A stretch of DNA of 64,000 nt from Methanomassiliicoccales archaeon (GTDB lineage Archaea > Thermoplasmatota > Thermoplasmata > Methanomassiliicoccales > UBA472). The stretch is from positions 14,177 to 78,176 of the forward strand of contig JAVBWG010000011.1 in NCBI GenBank assembly GCA_036677555.1, written 5' to 3'. Positions 37,779 through 46,548 of the stretch are shown piece after piece (the first letter of the stretch is position 1; each line of letters opens with the position of its first letter). The notes beneath the pieces are model-generated. The model saw only the letters and a program-made list of their open reading frames with translations, searched no databases and was not told where the DNA came from. The position numbers and the translations under genes are program-made.

Positions 37779-37991
37779 ATGAGAGCTCATGCCGAACTCG
37801 TGAGTGATTATCTCAAATTCACTGACCTTAGATCCACTGCTCAATCGACCAAATCCATTGATCTGAAGTCGTTCCGGTTTTTCACTCCGACCACCCTCCT
37901 ACCATTGTCCATAATGCTGAAGAAAGGAAGCGTGGGCGGTCAATACGACATTAAGGTCCCCCTCCAACCCCGATGTCGCCCATTATCTTGA
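37779..37991 (+). pseudogene. Probable N-terminal part of the downstream GHKL ATPase gene, separated by a 1-nt frame break at a C5 run
   Basis: Frame-0 ORF ends ...QYDIKVPLQPRCRPLS*. Removing one C from CCCCC (37958-37962) reads ...QYDIKVPSNPDVAHYLELMTKEES and joins it to the ORF at 37996. Confidence 0.45.
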
Positions 37992-37995
37992 ACTG

Positions 37996-38580
37996 ATGAC
38001 GAAGGAGGAAAGCGTCGATGCACTGAACCGATCAACATACCTTCCTGTGGTCAGCATGCCCAAGGATGAGTCCAGAGGGCAGCCCATCCTAAGAAAAATC
38101 TTTCAGTTGAGCGGCGACCCGGGAGGAAGGAATTCCTTCAGATATCTGGTGGGGGAGCTTGTGGACAACATATATCAGCATTCAAGATTTGAGAACGGGC
38201 TGGTGATGGCTCAACAATATCCCAAGAAACGAACGATGCATATGTGCATCATAGACGATGGGATAACGATCGCCGGAAGCTTGAGGGAAGCGGGATTGAC
38301 ATTGGACGATGACCAAGCCATTGTGGATGCTCTACAAGGGACGTCCTCAAAGAAAGATCATGAGAGAGGAAGAGGATTGGGAACCGCCTTTGGTCTGACC
38401 ATCCTGGGGTATGGAGGATGTATGCTGGTGGTATCGGGGAGAGGTGCACTCTACAGAGGCCCGGACCGACAACAGAGATTTCAGTTGTCTGATAGGAATA
38501 AATATGAAGGAACTTTGATAAGCATAACGATCCCATTGACGAACAAGGAGGTGGACCTTTATGAGTATGCAAGCCTGTAG
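37996..38580 (+). CDS. GHKL/HATPase_c-type ATP-binding protein (RsbW/SpoIIAB-like fold)
   Basis: N-box ELVDNIYQHS, IIDDGITI, ERGRGLGTAFG. Confidence 0.7.
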   Translation: MTKEESVDALNRSTYLPVVSMPKDESRGQPILRKIFQLSGDPGGRNSFRYLVGELVDNIYQHSRFENGLVMAQQYPKKRTMHMCIIDDGITIAGSLREAGLTLDDDQAIVDALQGTSSKKDHERGRGLGTAFGLTILGYGGCMLVVSGRGALYRGPDRQQRFQLSDRNKYEGTLISITIPLTNKEVDLYEYASL

Positions 38581-38875
38581 AATAAACATCGCTGATGAAC
38601 TGTCTTCGGACCTGGCTTTCAGGGATATCGCCGCCTCTTTTATGGACAAGGTGGAATCTCAAAGGGATCGTGATGTGATCATAGATTTCCGGGACGTAGA
38701 ATCGATAACGCGTTCCTTCGCCCATGAGTATGTGAATCGGCGGGACATCACCAGCAAGAACATCGTAGAGGTTAATGTGCCTCCGGCCGTAACGCGTATG
38801 TTCGCGGTCATAAATAATTCGGAAAAGAGACCGCGGTTCGATGATCTGAAAAACGCTGAGCTGCTCAGCATCTAA
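38561..38875 (+). CDS. STAS-like domain protein (DUF4325-like)
   Basis: VIIDFRDVESITRSFAHEYV matches the DUF4325 core (x-lDF-gV-x-is-sSF). Overlaps the ATPase gene by 20 nt. Confidence 0.6.
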   Translation: MSMQACRINIADELSSDLAFRDIAASFMDKVESQRDRDVIIDFRDVESITRSFAHEYVNRRDITSKNIVEVNVPPAVTRMFAVINNSEKRPRFDDLKNAELLSI

Positions 38876-38928
38876 CCTTAGTGCCCAATGTCGTGAAAGG
38901 AACGTTAACAGGGCAAAGTGCTTAATCC

Positions 38929-39861
38929 ATGCCGGACATGCCGTTCCTCACTAAGCTCATGGCCGAGAACGGTGATATGCTCAAGCTCCTTCGGGAGCGG
39001 GGATACGACGCCCGGTCCATGTCCGTCTCCCACCTCGACGAGGTGCGGGAGGATGTGGAGGGGCTGTACGAGAAAGGTCAGCTGGACGAGGAGCTTTACA
39101 AGGAGTATCTTTTCCGGTTCAAGTACTTCGTTCCTGTCTCGTTCTCTGAGGCCAAGAGCGTGATCGTGGTCTCGGTGCCGCAGCCCACGTGCGAGATAAG
39201 CTTCAATGTCAAAGGTAGAAAGGTCCGGACCATCGTGCCGCCGACATACGCCAGGGCGGTCGATGTGGACATGGAGATCGTTGACCTTCTGGAGAAGGGC
39301 GACGGTAACGGGGTTCAGCTCATGAGGGCGATACTCCCGCACAAGACCCTGGCCGCTCGCACCGGACTGGTGCAGTACGGAAGGAACAACATAACCTACG
39401 TGCCTAGGTACGGGTCCTTCCACCGGCTGACCAGCTTTTTCACGAACCGGGAGCTGCCGGACGATTGGCAAGAGAGGAAGGTAATGGACCGGTGCGCGGA
39501 ATGCGGAGCCTGTGTCAAAGCCTGCCCGACCAAGGCCATCGATGACGACCGGTTCCTCCTTCACGGCGAGAGGTGCCTCACCTTCCACAACGAGATGCCC
39601 AATGAGAAGGCCTTCCCGGATTACATTCTAGAGGGAGCGCACAACGCGGTGGTCGGCTGCATGATCTGCCAGAAGGTCTGCCCTGAGAACGCTAAAGTCC
39701 GCAATTGGATGGTGCACTGCACCGAGTTCGACGAGGATGACACCTCGTACCTTCTGAAGGGCGATTTCTCCGGACCCCGGGCCAAGAAGATGGCCGCGAG
39801 GCTGGAGCCGCTGGGGCTGGAGCTGCAGCTGTTCCCCCGGAACCTGAAGGCGTTGCTGTAG
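38929..39861 (+). CDS. 4Fe-4S double-cluster protein, epoxyqueuosine-reductase/reductive-dehalogenase-like
   Basis: CAECGACVKACP and CMICQKVCP ferredoxin motifs after a roughly 190 aa N-domain. Confidence 0.6.
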   Translation: MPDMPFLTKLMAENGDMLKLLRERGYDARSMSVSHLDEVREDVEGLYEKGQLDEELYKEYLFRFKYFVPVSFSEAKSVIVVSVPQPTCEISFNVKGRKVRTIVPPTYARAVDVDMEIVDLLEKGDGNGVQLMRAILPHKTLAARTGLVQYGRNNITYVPRYGSFHRLTSFFTNRELPDDWQERKVMDRCAECGACVKACPTKAIDDDRFLLHGERCLTFHNEMPNEKAFPDYILEGAHNAVVGCMICQKVCPENAKVRNWMVHCTEFDEDDTSYLLKGDFSGPRAKKMAARLEPLGLELQLFPRNLKALL

Positions 39862-39931
39862 CTGCCTCGTTTGACGCCGCAGCAGAGCGGAAAGGTGATG
39901 AAAACCTGTGCCATATCCGAGCCGTGGCATC

Positions 39932-40771
39932 ATGGGCGACACCAGGATGATACCGTTCGTGACCCTTTCCGAATATGCTAACCGGGCCTGGATAACCCTG
40001 TCTGGATGCAATCTCCGCTGCCGCGGGTGCTTCTCCATTGCCAGGGACCCGGTGGGCGTGCCCATGACCCCCGATGACGTGACATCCCTTGTTGAGGCGT
40101 CGGCGAGAAGGACCTATGGGACGGACATGCTGGACGAGACTATGGTGACCGGCGGAGAACCTACGCTCGACCCAGAGTACCTGTTGAGACTGGTGAGGTC
40201 GTTGCGCGGGATCTCGAAGCGGGTATCGGTGCAGACCAACGCCTTCGGCCTCTTCCCCGATCTGACGGAAGAACTGATTGGCGCAGGGATGGATGAACTG
40301 GTGGTCGACATAAAGGCTCTTGATCGGGGCACCCATATTCTGTATACCGGCGTTCCCAACGATAAGATCCTGGCCAATGTGGCCTACGCCTGCCCCCGGA
40401 CCAGGATGGTGGTGAACACCCTTTTGGTACCGGGGCTGGTGGAACGCGCAGAGATATGCGGCATAGCGAGATTCCTGGCCGAATCTCGCCCTATGGACCT
40501 TGAGTACCGAATCAACCCTTTCCGGGCAGAACTGAGCCCTGAGGAAATGTCCAGGACGCCAGACGACAGTGAGCTGGAGTCGGCAGCAGAGGCCGCCCGC
40601 CTTTACTATGACAGGACCATCAGCAGCCGCAGTTGCCTTAAGGAGGCTGGCGGAGGCCCTTCCAAGAGTTGGGTGACGGTGTTCCCTGACGGCAGTATGG
40701 AAAGGCGGGGACTGACGGACTATCGCAGAGGCAATCGGGACCGCTTCGGCGAGGGATGCGGTCCGCGATGA
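39932..40771 (+). CDS. Radical SAM protein (small activase-like)
   Basis: CNLRCRGC (CxxxCxxC) near the N-terminus and GGEPTL. ATG 39932 is preferred over the GTG at 39908. Confidence 0.8.
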   Translation: MGDTRMIPFVTLSEYANRAWITLSGCNLRCRGCFSIARDPVGVPMTPDDVTSLVEASARRTYGTDMLDETMVTGGEPTLDPEYLLRLVRSLRGISKRVSVQTNAFGLFPDLTEELIGAGMDELVVDIKALDRGTHILYTGVPNDKILANVAYACPRTRMVVNTLLVPGLVERAEICGIARFLAESRPMDLEYRINPFRAELSPEEMSRTPDDSELESAAEAARLYYDRTISSRSCLKEAGGGPSKSWVTVFPDGSMERRGLTDYRRGNRDRFGEGCGPR

Positions 40772-40894
40772 GCGGTATGGACGACCAGGTACGGCAACAT
40801 AGCTGGCTCGACAGTTATTAATACGAAAGCAATAATCGTGTTACTCGGATAAAGCGTCGCGGTAAGATGCCGCGGCGCGCTGGAGCGATGCCTC

Positions 40895-41752
40895 ATGCTG
40901 TACGCGGATGCCGTCGAATTTTCCTATGGCGATAACAAGGTCATCGACGGCCTCTCGTTCCAGGCCAATGATGACGAGGTCATATCCATTCTCGGGCCCA
41001 ACGGCTGCGGCAAGACCACACTGCTGAAATGCATCTGCAACTTCCATCAGCCCCAGAACGGGAAGGTGACCATTGACGGAAGGAACGTCATGGCGCTGAC
41101 CGGCCGGGAGCTTGCCAAGAACATCGGGTATGTGCCTCAGAGGGCCTCGACCAACCGTTCCACGGTCTTCGATTCCACGCTGATCGGCAGGAGGCCCTAT
41201 ATAGAGATCTCAGCCACCAGGAACGACCTGGAGATAACCTGGAGCGTCCTTAAGGCATTGGGCCTGGACGGACTGTACCTGAGGTACATCGACGAGATAA
41301 GCGGTGGCGAGCTCCAGAAGGTGCAGATCGCCCGGGCCATGGTCCAGGAGCCGAGAATACTCATCCTGGACGAGCCGACGAACAATCTGGACATCGCAAA
41401 TCAGCATGCCACCATGCACACCATCATCGATGCGGTACGCTCCAGGGGAATGTGCACCATCATGACCATGCACGACATCAACCTGGCCGTGCATTACTCC
41501 GACCGCCTGATGTTCATGAAGGGCGGCAGGATATTCGCGTACGGCGGACCGGAGATAGTGAACGAGGAACTGATCTACGAGGTATACGGCATAAGGTCCG
41601 ACGTGATCTATCACAAAGGGGTGCCATTCGTCATACCGCACACCATGGGGAACTCGTCGCCCGCCTACGCCCACCGCCATGAGCATTCGCACGCCCATGA
41701 CGCCGCGGACCATGTTCATGAGGCCTACGAGGACGCCAGGAGCAAGGCCTGA
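40895..41752 (+). CDS. ABC transporter ATP-binding protein (FepC/BtuD type) with His-rich tail
   Basis: GPNGCGKTT, ISGGELQKV, ILILDEPT. C-terminal AHRHEHSHAHDAADHVHE. Confidence 0.9.
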   Translation: MLYADAVEFSYGDNKVIDGLSFQANDDEVISILGPNGCGKTTLLKCICNFHQPQNGKVTIDGRNVMALTGRELAKNIGYVPQRASTNRSTVFDSTLIGRRPYIEISATRNDLEITWSVLKALGLDGLYLRYIDEISGGELQKVQIARAMVQEPRILILDEPTNNLDIANQHATMHTIIDAVRSRGMCTIMTMHDINLAVHYSDRLMFMKGGRIFAYGGPEIVNEELIYEVYGIRSDVIYHKGVPFVIPHTMGNSSPAYAHRHEHSHAHDAADHVHEAYEDARSKA

Positions 41753-41753
41753 A

Positions 41754-42533
41754 CTACACGCCCCAGGTTATCAGCCTCAGCCGGTTCGAACTCGAATAAT
41801 GGAAGAGGCCGTCATCCGTCATTTCGTCCAGCACCTGACGGACGGTCGGCTCGATATCCTTCCCCATTCCATACAGCGAAAAGTCCCTGATCATCTCGGC
41901 CACCGCCTCCTCCATCGGCCGCGCGATCTCGATCTGCGCCTCGAACTCCTTGATCTGGGGCTTCAGCCCCATGCTGTTCAGCGCATCGAACACCCCGGTG
42001 GAGCTGCGCCCCTCGAAGGAGTAGTCCTTGCCCATCCTCCTCCAGATGTCGGCATGGAGGTCGTCCCATCCGTTGCGGACCCACATCACATGGGCGCAGG
42101 ACCTTTCAGCCCACCGCCCCATCCACTTCAGTCCAGCCTCGGAGCCGGTGCCTGGACAGAGGGAGGAGAGCACGACAGAGAACTTCGTATCCGGCCGGAA
42201 ACGTTCGAACTCGGTCCGGACGGTTCGGATGTTGCCGAGGCCGAGGTCCTTGGCGGCGGAAGCCAGCCGGTCCAGCATGCCCTGCGAGGTGTCCAGGCAC
42301 GTCATGCTCCGGACATGGGGCGATATCCTCAGGCTGTACGTCCCCGGGCCGCAGCCCAGCTCCAGCAGGGTGCGGTCCTTGGCCAGGAGGCCGATGTCTT
42401 GCAGATGGTCCACGATCTCAGCGACCATCGGGCCCTGCTGCGCCCCCGAGTACCAGGCGGAGAAGTCGTCCCAGAAGCGTATCGCCCGCTGGCGGTCGAA
42501 CCCCTCGCCGATGAAGGGATGCACGCCGCCCAT
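41754..42533 (-). CDS. Class I SAM-dependent methyltransferase
   Basis: LLELGCGPGTYS motif I. ATG 42533 shares an ATGA overlap with the permease stop. The upstream part of track ORF 41754..42902 is artefact. Confidence 0.8.
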   Translation of the reverse strand: MGGVHPFIGEGFDRQRAIRFWDDFSAWYSGAQQGPMVAEIVDHLQDIGLLAKDRTLLELGCGPGTYSLRISPHVRSMTCLDTSQGMLDRLASAAKDLGLGNIRTVRTEFERFRPDTKFSVVLSSLCPGTGSEAGLKWMGRWAERSCAHVMWVRNGWDDLHADIWRRMGKDYSFEGRSSTGVFDALNSMGLKPQIKEFEAQIEIARPMEEAVAEMIRDFSLYGMGKDIEPTVRQVLDEMTDDGLFHYSSSNRLRLITWGV

Positions 42534-43618
42534 CAGACCGTCCTCGTCCTTTTCGAGCCCCGGATCAGGAGGTAGAGGAAGAGAGGCCCCCCCAGGAAGG
42601 AAGTGACTATGCCGACCGGCAATGTGTATACCAGCAGGTTCTGTCCCGCGCAATCGGCGATGAGCAGTATGATGGCCCCGAGGAACATGGAGCCGGGGAG
42701 CACATATCGGTGGTCGTTCCCCAGGAACATCCTCACCATGTGAGGGCCGAGCAATCCGATGAAGGCTATTATCCCCATGAACGAGACGACCAGGGATGTG
42801 ATGAGCGCTGACAGGAACAGCGTCTGAATGCGCAGCCTGTCGACGTTGATTCCGAGCGAGCGGGCGACGTCGTCCCCGGCATCCAGGGCGTTGAAGTCCC
42901 ACCTCCTGTAGAGGAAGAAGAGGATTACCAGCAGCGAGACGACCGCCAGAAGGGTAAGCTCACCCCATGATGCCTTGCCCAGCGATCCGAACTGCCAGAA
43001 GACGATGGCCGAGAGGGCGTAATCGTTGTAGATGTACTGGAGCATGCTGATTCCGGCGGAAAATATCGAGCTGAGGGCCACGCCGGCCAGCACCATCGTC
43101 TCGGCGCTCACCTTGGTGACCTTGACCAGCAGGATGATTATGACCGTGGCGATCAGAGCCCACATGAAAGCGCTGCCGGAGACCAGATACGGGTTGTTGA
43201 TGAGTATGGATGCGTAGCTCTGACCCACCACCAGTCCACCTCCGAGCACCAGGATCCCCAGGGACGCCCCGAACGCCGCCGCGTTCGATATGCCCAGGGT
43301 GAACGGCGATGCTATCGGGTTGCGGAGGACGCATTGCATGACCGTTCCGGCGATACCAAGGGCGAAACCGGCCAGTATCCCGGACGCCATCCGGGGCAGA
43401 TAGAGGTTCCAGATCAGGATCTTGTCCGCCTTGGAGTTCTGCGCGTTGCCCTTGTCGAAGATGACCCTCAGCAGTTCCTGGAAGGTGATCGAGCCGACAT
43501 CGATCTTGAGCACCACGACGATGGTCACCAGAAGGATGGCCAGCAGCAGGATGAGGAAAAGCACCTTCCTGTGAGCGTGCTCGATATAACCCTGGACCCC
43601 TGCCTCAGTATCGTTCAT
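42533..43618 (-). CDS. ABC transporter permease, FecCD/BtuC family
   Basis: About 10 helices; conserved C-terminal PVGIVTSFLGGPLFLYLL. Confidence 0.9.
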   Translation of the reverse strand: MNDTEAGVQGYIEHAHRKVLFLILLLAILLVTIVVVLKIDVGSITFQELLRVIFDKGNAQNSKADKILIWNLYLPRMASGILAGFALGIAGTVMQCVLRNPIASPFTLGISNAAAFGASLGILVLGGGLVVGQSYASILINNPYLVSGSAFMWALIATVIIILLVKVTKVSAETMVLAGVALSSIFSAGISMLQYIYNDYALSAIVFWQFGSLGKASWGELTLLAVVSLLVILFFLYRRWDFNALDAGDDVARSLGINVDRLRIQTLFLSALITSLVVSFMGIIAFIGLLGPHMVRMFLGNDHRYVLPGSMFLGAIILLIADCAGQNLLVYTLPVGIVTSFLGGPLFLYLLIRGSKRTRTV

Positions 43619-43694
43619 CCTGCAACATCACCGACCCATGGAGCGCATCCAATATAGAAAAAGGAAAGGTCGCTGGCCGAGGCCAGCTTGAGGT

Positions 43695-44972
43695 TTAGGC
43701 CATCGCACCGAAGGTGATCGACCCGTCATCGGCCATGATTATGGTACCGTATACGGGGTTCGCCCGGCGGACCACGTACAGGGCGTTCATATCATCGTAT
43801 ATCGTGGTGGTCCCGGTGGGCGCTGGCACGCCGGACGCGGTCATGTCACGGTTGGACACGTGCGATCCCAGGAACGCGTCGTAGGTGGCGTTCACCTTGG
43901 CGTTGAACTGCGCCTCGGTCAATGCCCCGTAGGTGTCCTTCAGGATCTGGTACGCGGATATCAGGACGTTCTCGAAGTTCATCCCGGTCCAGATGTAGGG
44001 GAAGGCCACGTAGGCCCGGTGCCCTTCGAAGAGCTGGATGATGCCCTTGGCGGTGTTGTCCGTGCTCATGTATAGACCTGTGGCGTCCAGGAACAGAAGC
44101 ACTTCCTTCCCGTCCGCCTCCGCGGCCTCGATGCCCTCCTTGATCTTGGTGGCCGAGAAGGTGCTCACGCCGGAACCCTCCATGTCCATTTCCTCGCTGG
44201 CCATGATGTTCTCGACACCGGCCAGGGCGAACGGCATGTAGTATGCTATGGACGAGTCAGGGCCGTGCGCGCCGTTGTAGGCCAGGGAGCCGATGTAGGC
44301 GCTCTTGTTGCCGCTGGTCTGAGAGGCCAGGTTCCTGATGTCAGCGACCGTCGTATCGATGGCGGAAAGTATGGCGTTCCCGCGCTCCTCCATGCCCAGG
44401 ACCTTGGACATCAGGTTGATCTGGGCCTTGAAGTCGTCGACCACCTCGAAGGTGTCAGGCTTCAGGAAGGTGTATATGTAGCCGATGGACACGACGTTGA
44501 GGTCCCCGTCCAACAGGGACTGGTATTCGTTCGAGTAATCGGTGTAGAAGGACTCGGGCACCACGACCAGGGACGGGTCGGCGGCCAATATGTTGGCGAC
44601 GTCGTCAACGGTGATCCCGCAGTTGGTGTGCGAGAAGTCGTTGGCGTCCGATTCGTTGACATCGGCCAGGGTTCGGCCGACATACATGAAGGACTTGCCC
44701 ATGAAATTGGTCTTGTCGTTGATGTCGATCATTATGCACTTATCTGCAAGACCATAGTAGGTCACCCAGCGGAACGCGTCCTGGCCGATGGCGACTATGC
44801 CCCGGTCCAGGTCTTCCACGACCTGGATCTCCCTGCCCACGAAGTCCACGTCCTCGCCGACGACCGGCGTCTCGCCTCCGTCATCGTCGCCGTTGAGCAG
44901 CAGGACACCGCCAATGGCACCTGCGACGAGTATTGCTACAATGAATATCGCGTAAATGGCATTTTTCTGCAT
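43695..44972 (-). CDS. ABC transporter substrate-binding protein (iron-siderophore/cobalamin type), membrane-anchored
   Basis: N-terminal TM anchor, then a periplasmic-binding-protein class III-like body. Lies adjacent to the FecCD permease. Confidence 0.75.
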   Translation of the reverse strand: MQKNAIYAIFIVAILVAGAIGGVLLLNGDDDGGETPVVGEDVDFVGREIQVVEDLDRGIVAIGQDAFRWVTYYGLADKCIMIDINDKTNFMGKSFMYVGRTLADVNESDANDFSHTNCGITVDDVANILAADPSLVVVPESFYTDYSNEYQSLLDGDLNVVSIGYIYTFLKPDTFEVVDDFKAQINLMSKVLGMEERGNAILSAIDTTVADIRNLASQTSGNKSAYIGSLAYNGAHGPDSSIAYYMPFALAGVENIMASEEMDMEGSGVSTFSATKIKEGIEAAEADGKEVLLFLDATGLYMSTDNTAKGIIQLFEGHRAYVAFPYIWTGMNFENVLISAYQILKDTYGALTEAQFNAKVNATYDAFLGSHVSNRDMTASGVPAPTGTTTIYDDMNALYVVRRANPVYGTIIMADDGSITFGAMA

Positions 44973-45130
44973 GGCCCTTGAACAATATAGCTATAGATAT
45001 ACTTTTTTTTAATTCGTGTTACTGTCGTAACATCGATCGATCTTGCGATAATACTAAGCGTGTGTTAGCGTTCCAGTATCAGGCGGTCGGCCCTCCCCTT
45101 GGGAACTGGCCGCCTGGGAAGTGACCGCAT

Positions 45131-45955
45131 ATGGTTGACTGGGACGCGGAATGGAAGGCCGCTCACGAAAGGTCACCCTTGAGGGTGACGCCTGAGAACG
45201 AGCGCAGATGGCAGGAGTTCTGGAGCCTGGACGCCCAGTACTATCTGGACGAGGTCCGGTCCGAGTCCGCGTTCTATGACCTGGTGGTGGATCGTCTGGC
45301 GGGGGAGGGATGGGCGAGATCGGGGGATGATGTCCTGGACGTGGGATGCGGACCTGGGACGCTTGCTCTGCCGCTGTCATCCAAAGTGCGGTCCGTGACC
45401 GCGCTCGATGAAGCGGAGGGGATGCTGGAAGTTTTGGAGAGGGAGGCCGGGACGAGGGGGATCCGGAACATCACCCTTCAGGGAGGACCGTGGCGGAAGT
45501 TCCAGAAAAAGGGGATGTACGACCTGGTCCTGGCATCGCTCAGCCCGGCCGTGAGATGCGCCGATGACCTCCTGGCCATGGAGGTGGCCAGCCGGGACAG
45601 GTGCTGCCTGATAATGCCATTCACGAGCGATGCCATGGCCATGAGGAACGCGTTGTGGGAGAAGGTCGTCGGCCGGTTCGTTCCGAGCGATGCATACTCG
45701 GTCCGATATCCGTTCAACATTCTCCTGGACAAAGGGCGTTTCCCGGAGCTTTTCCGGGTGAGGGCCCGAACGAGGACCGAATCGCCCGTCGAGGCCGAGG
45801 TCCAGCACTTCCTGCGGTATTTCAGGATATTCACCGATATGGATGAGGAGAAGGAGGAGAGGGTCCGGGAACATGTGACATCCCGTTCCGTCAATGGCCG
45901 GTTCGTCCGGGAGGGGGAGAAGTGCCTCCATCTGCTATGCTGGAACATACCCTGA
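45131..45955 (+). CDS. Class I SAM-dependent methyltransferase (paralogue of 41754..42533)
   Basis: VLDVGCGPGTLA motif I; same overall layout as the other methyltransferase. Confidence 0.8.
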   Translation: MVDWDAEWKAAHERSPLRVTPENERRWQEFWSLDAQYYLDEVRSESAFYDLVVDRLAGEGWARSGDDVLDVGCGPGTLALPLSSKVRSVTALDEAEGMLEVLEREAGTRGIRNITLQGGPWRKFQKKGMYDLVLASLSPAVRCADDLLAMEVASRDRCCLIMPFTSDAMAMRNALWEKVVGRFVPSDAYSVRYPFNILLDKGRFPELFRVRARTRTESPVEAEVQHFLRYFRIFTDMDEEKEERVREHVTSRSVNGRFVREGEKCLHLLCWNIP

Positions 45956-46002
45956 CGCATAGATGACCGGATGAATGGCCGGCGCTTATCAGGCGGCAGA
46001 GA

Positions 46003-46548
46003 TCAGAGCTCGAAGCCCATTTCGGCGATGTGCAGCTCGGCGCGCTTCCGCTCAAGGAACTTGTATACCGTGGCGTGCTCGCTCCCGCTGAGCAACATGT
46101 CCACGGCGTTCCGCGCCACGGGCATTTGGACGGAATTTCCGATGATGCCCACTGTGTCGCCGTACACGGAAAGATGAACGCCGACCAGATCCTCGATGAT
46201 CCGGCGGGTCTTGCCTCCGGCGCCTATCACGCGCGCCCGCATGCGCACCAGTTGGTTCGTCCCTTTCCCGACGTAATCGTCGATGTTCATTATCTCCAGA
46301 TACTCATCGTCGTCCAGCAGCCGGAAGGCCTTGTGAGGCGCGAACCCGCGGCCGATGGCCTTCACGATGTCCATGACCTTTAGCGGCAGAAGGGGGTCCT
46401 CGGTCTTCGTTTCATCAAAAGAGACCTCGCCCTCCTCGGCGTCGATGGTGATCTTGAGGCCGGTCTTCTCCTCCAGGTACTTCTTGGTCTCGCCGCCCTG
46501 GCCTATGAGCACGCCCACGCGCTCCTTGGGAATTTTAACGATCTTCAT
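46003..46548 (-). CDS. KH-domain RNA-binding protein (archaeal Dim2/Pno1-like)
   Basis: MKIVKIPKERVGVLIGQGGETKK and VIGAGGKTRR GXXG loops. ATG 46548 overlaps the rio1 stop (ATGA). Confidence 0.8.
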   Translation of the reverse strand: MKIVKIPKERVGVLIGQGGETKKYLEEKTGLKITIDAEEGEVSFDETKTEDPLLPLKVMDIVKAIGRGFAPHKAFRLLDDDEYLEIMNIDDYVGKGTNQLVRMRARVIGAGGKTRRIIEDLVGVHLSVYGDTVGIIGNSVQMPVARNAVDMLLSGSEHATVYKFLERKRAELHIAEMGFEL

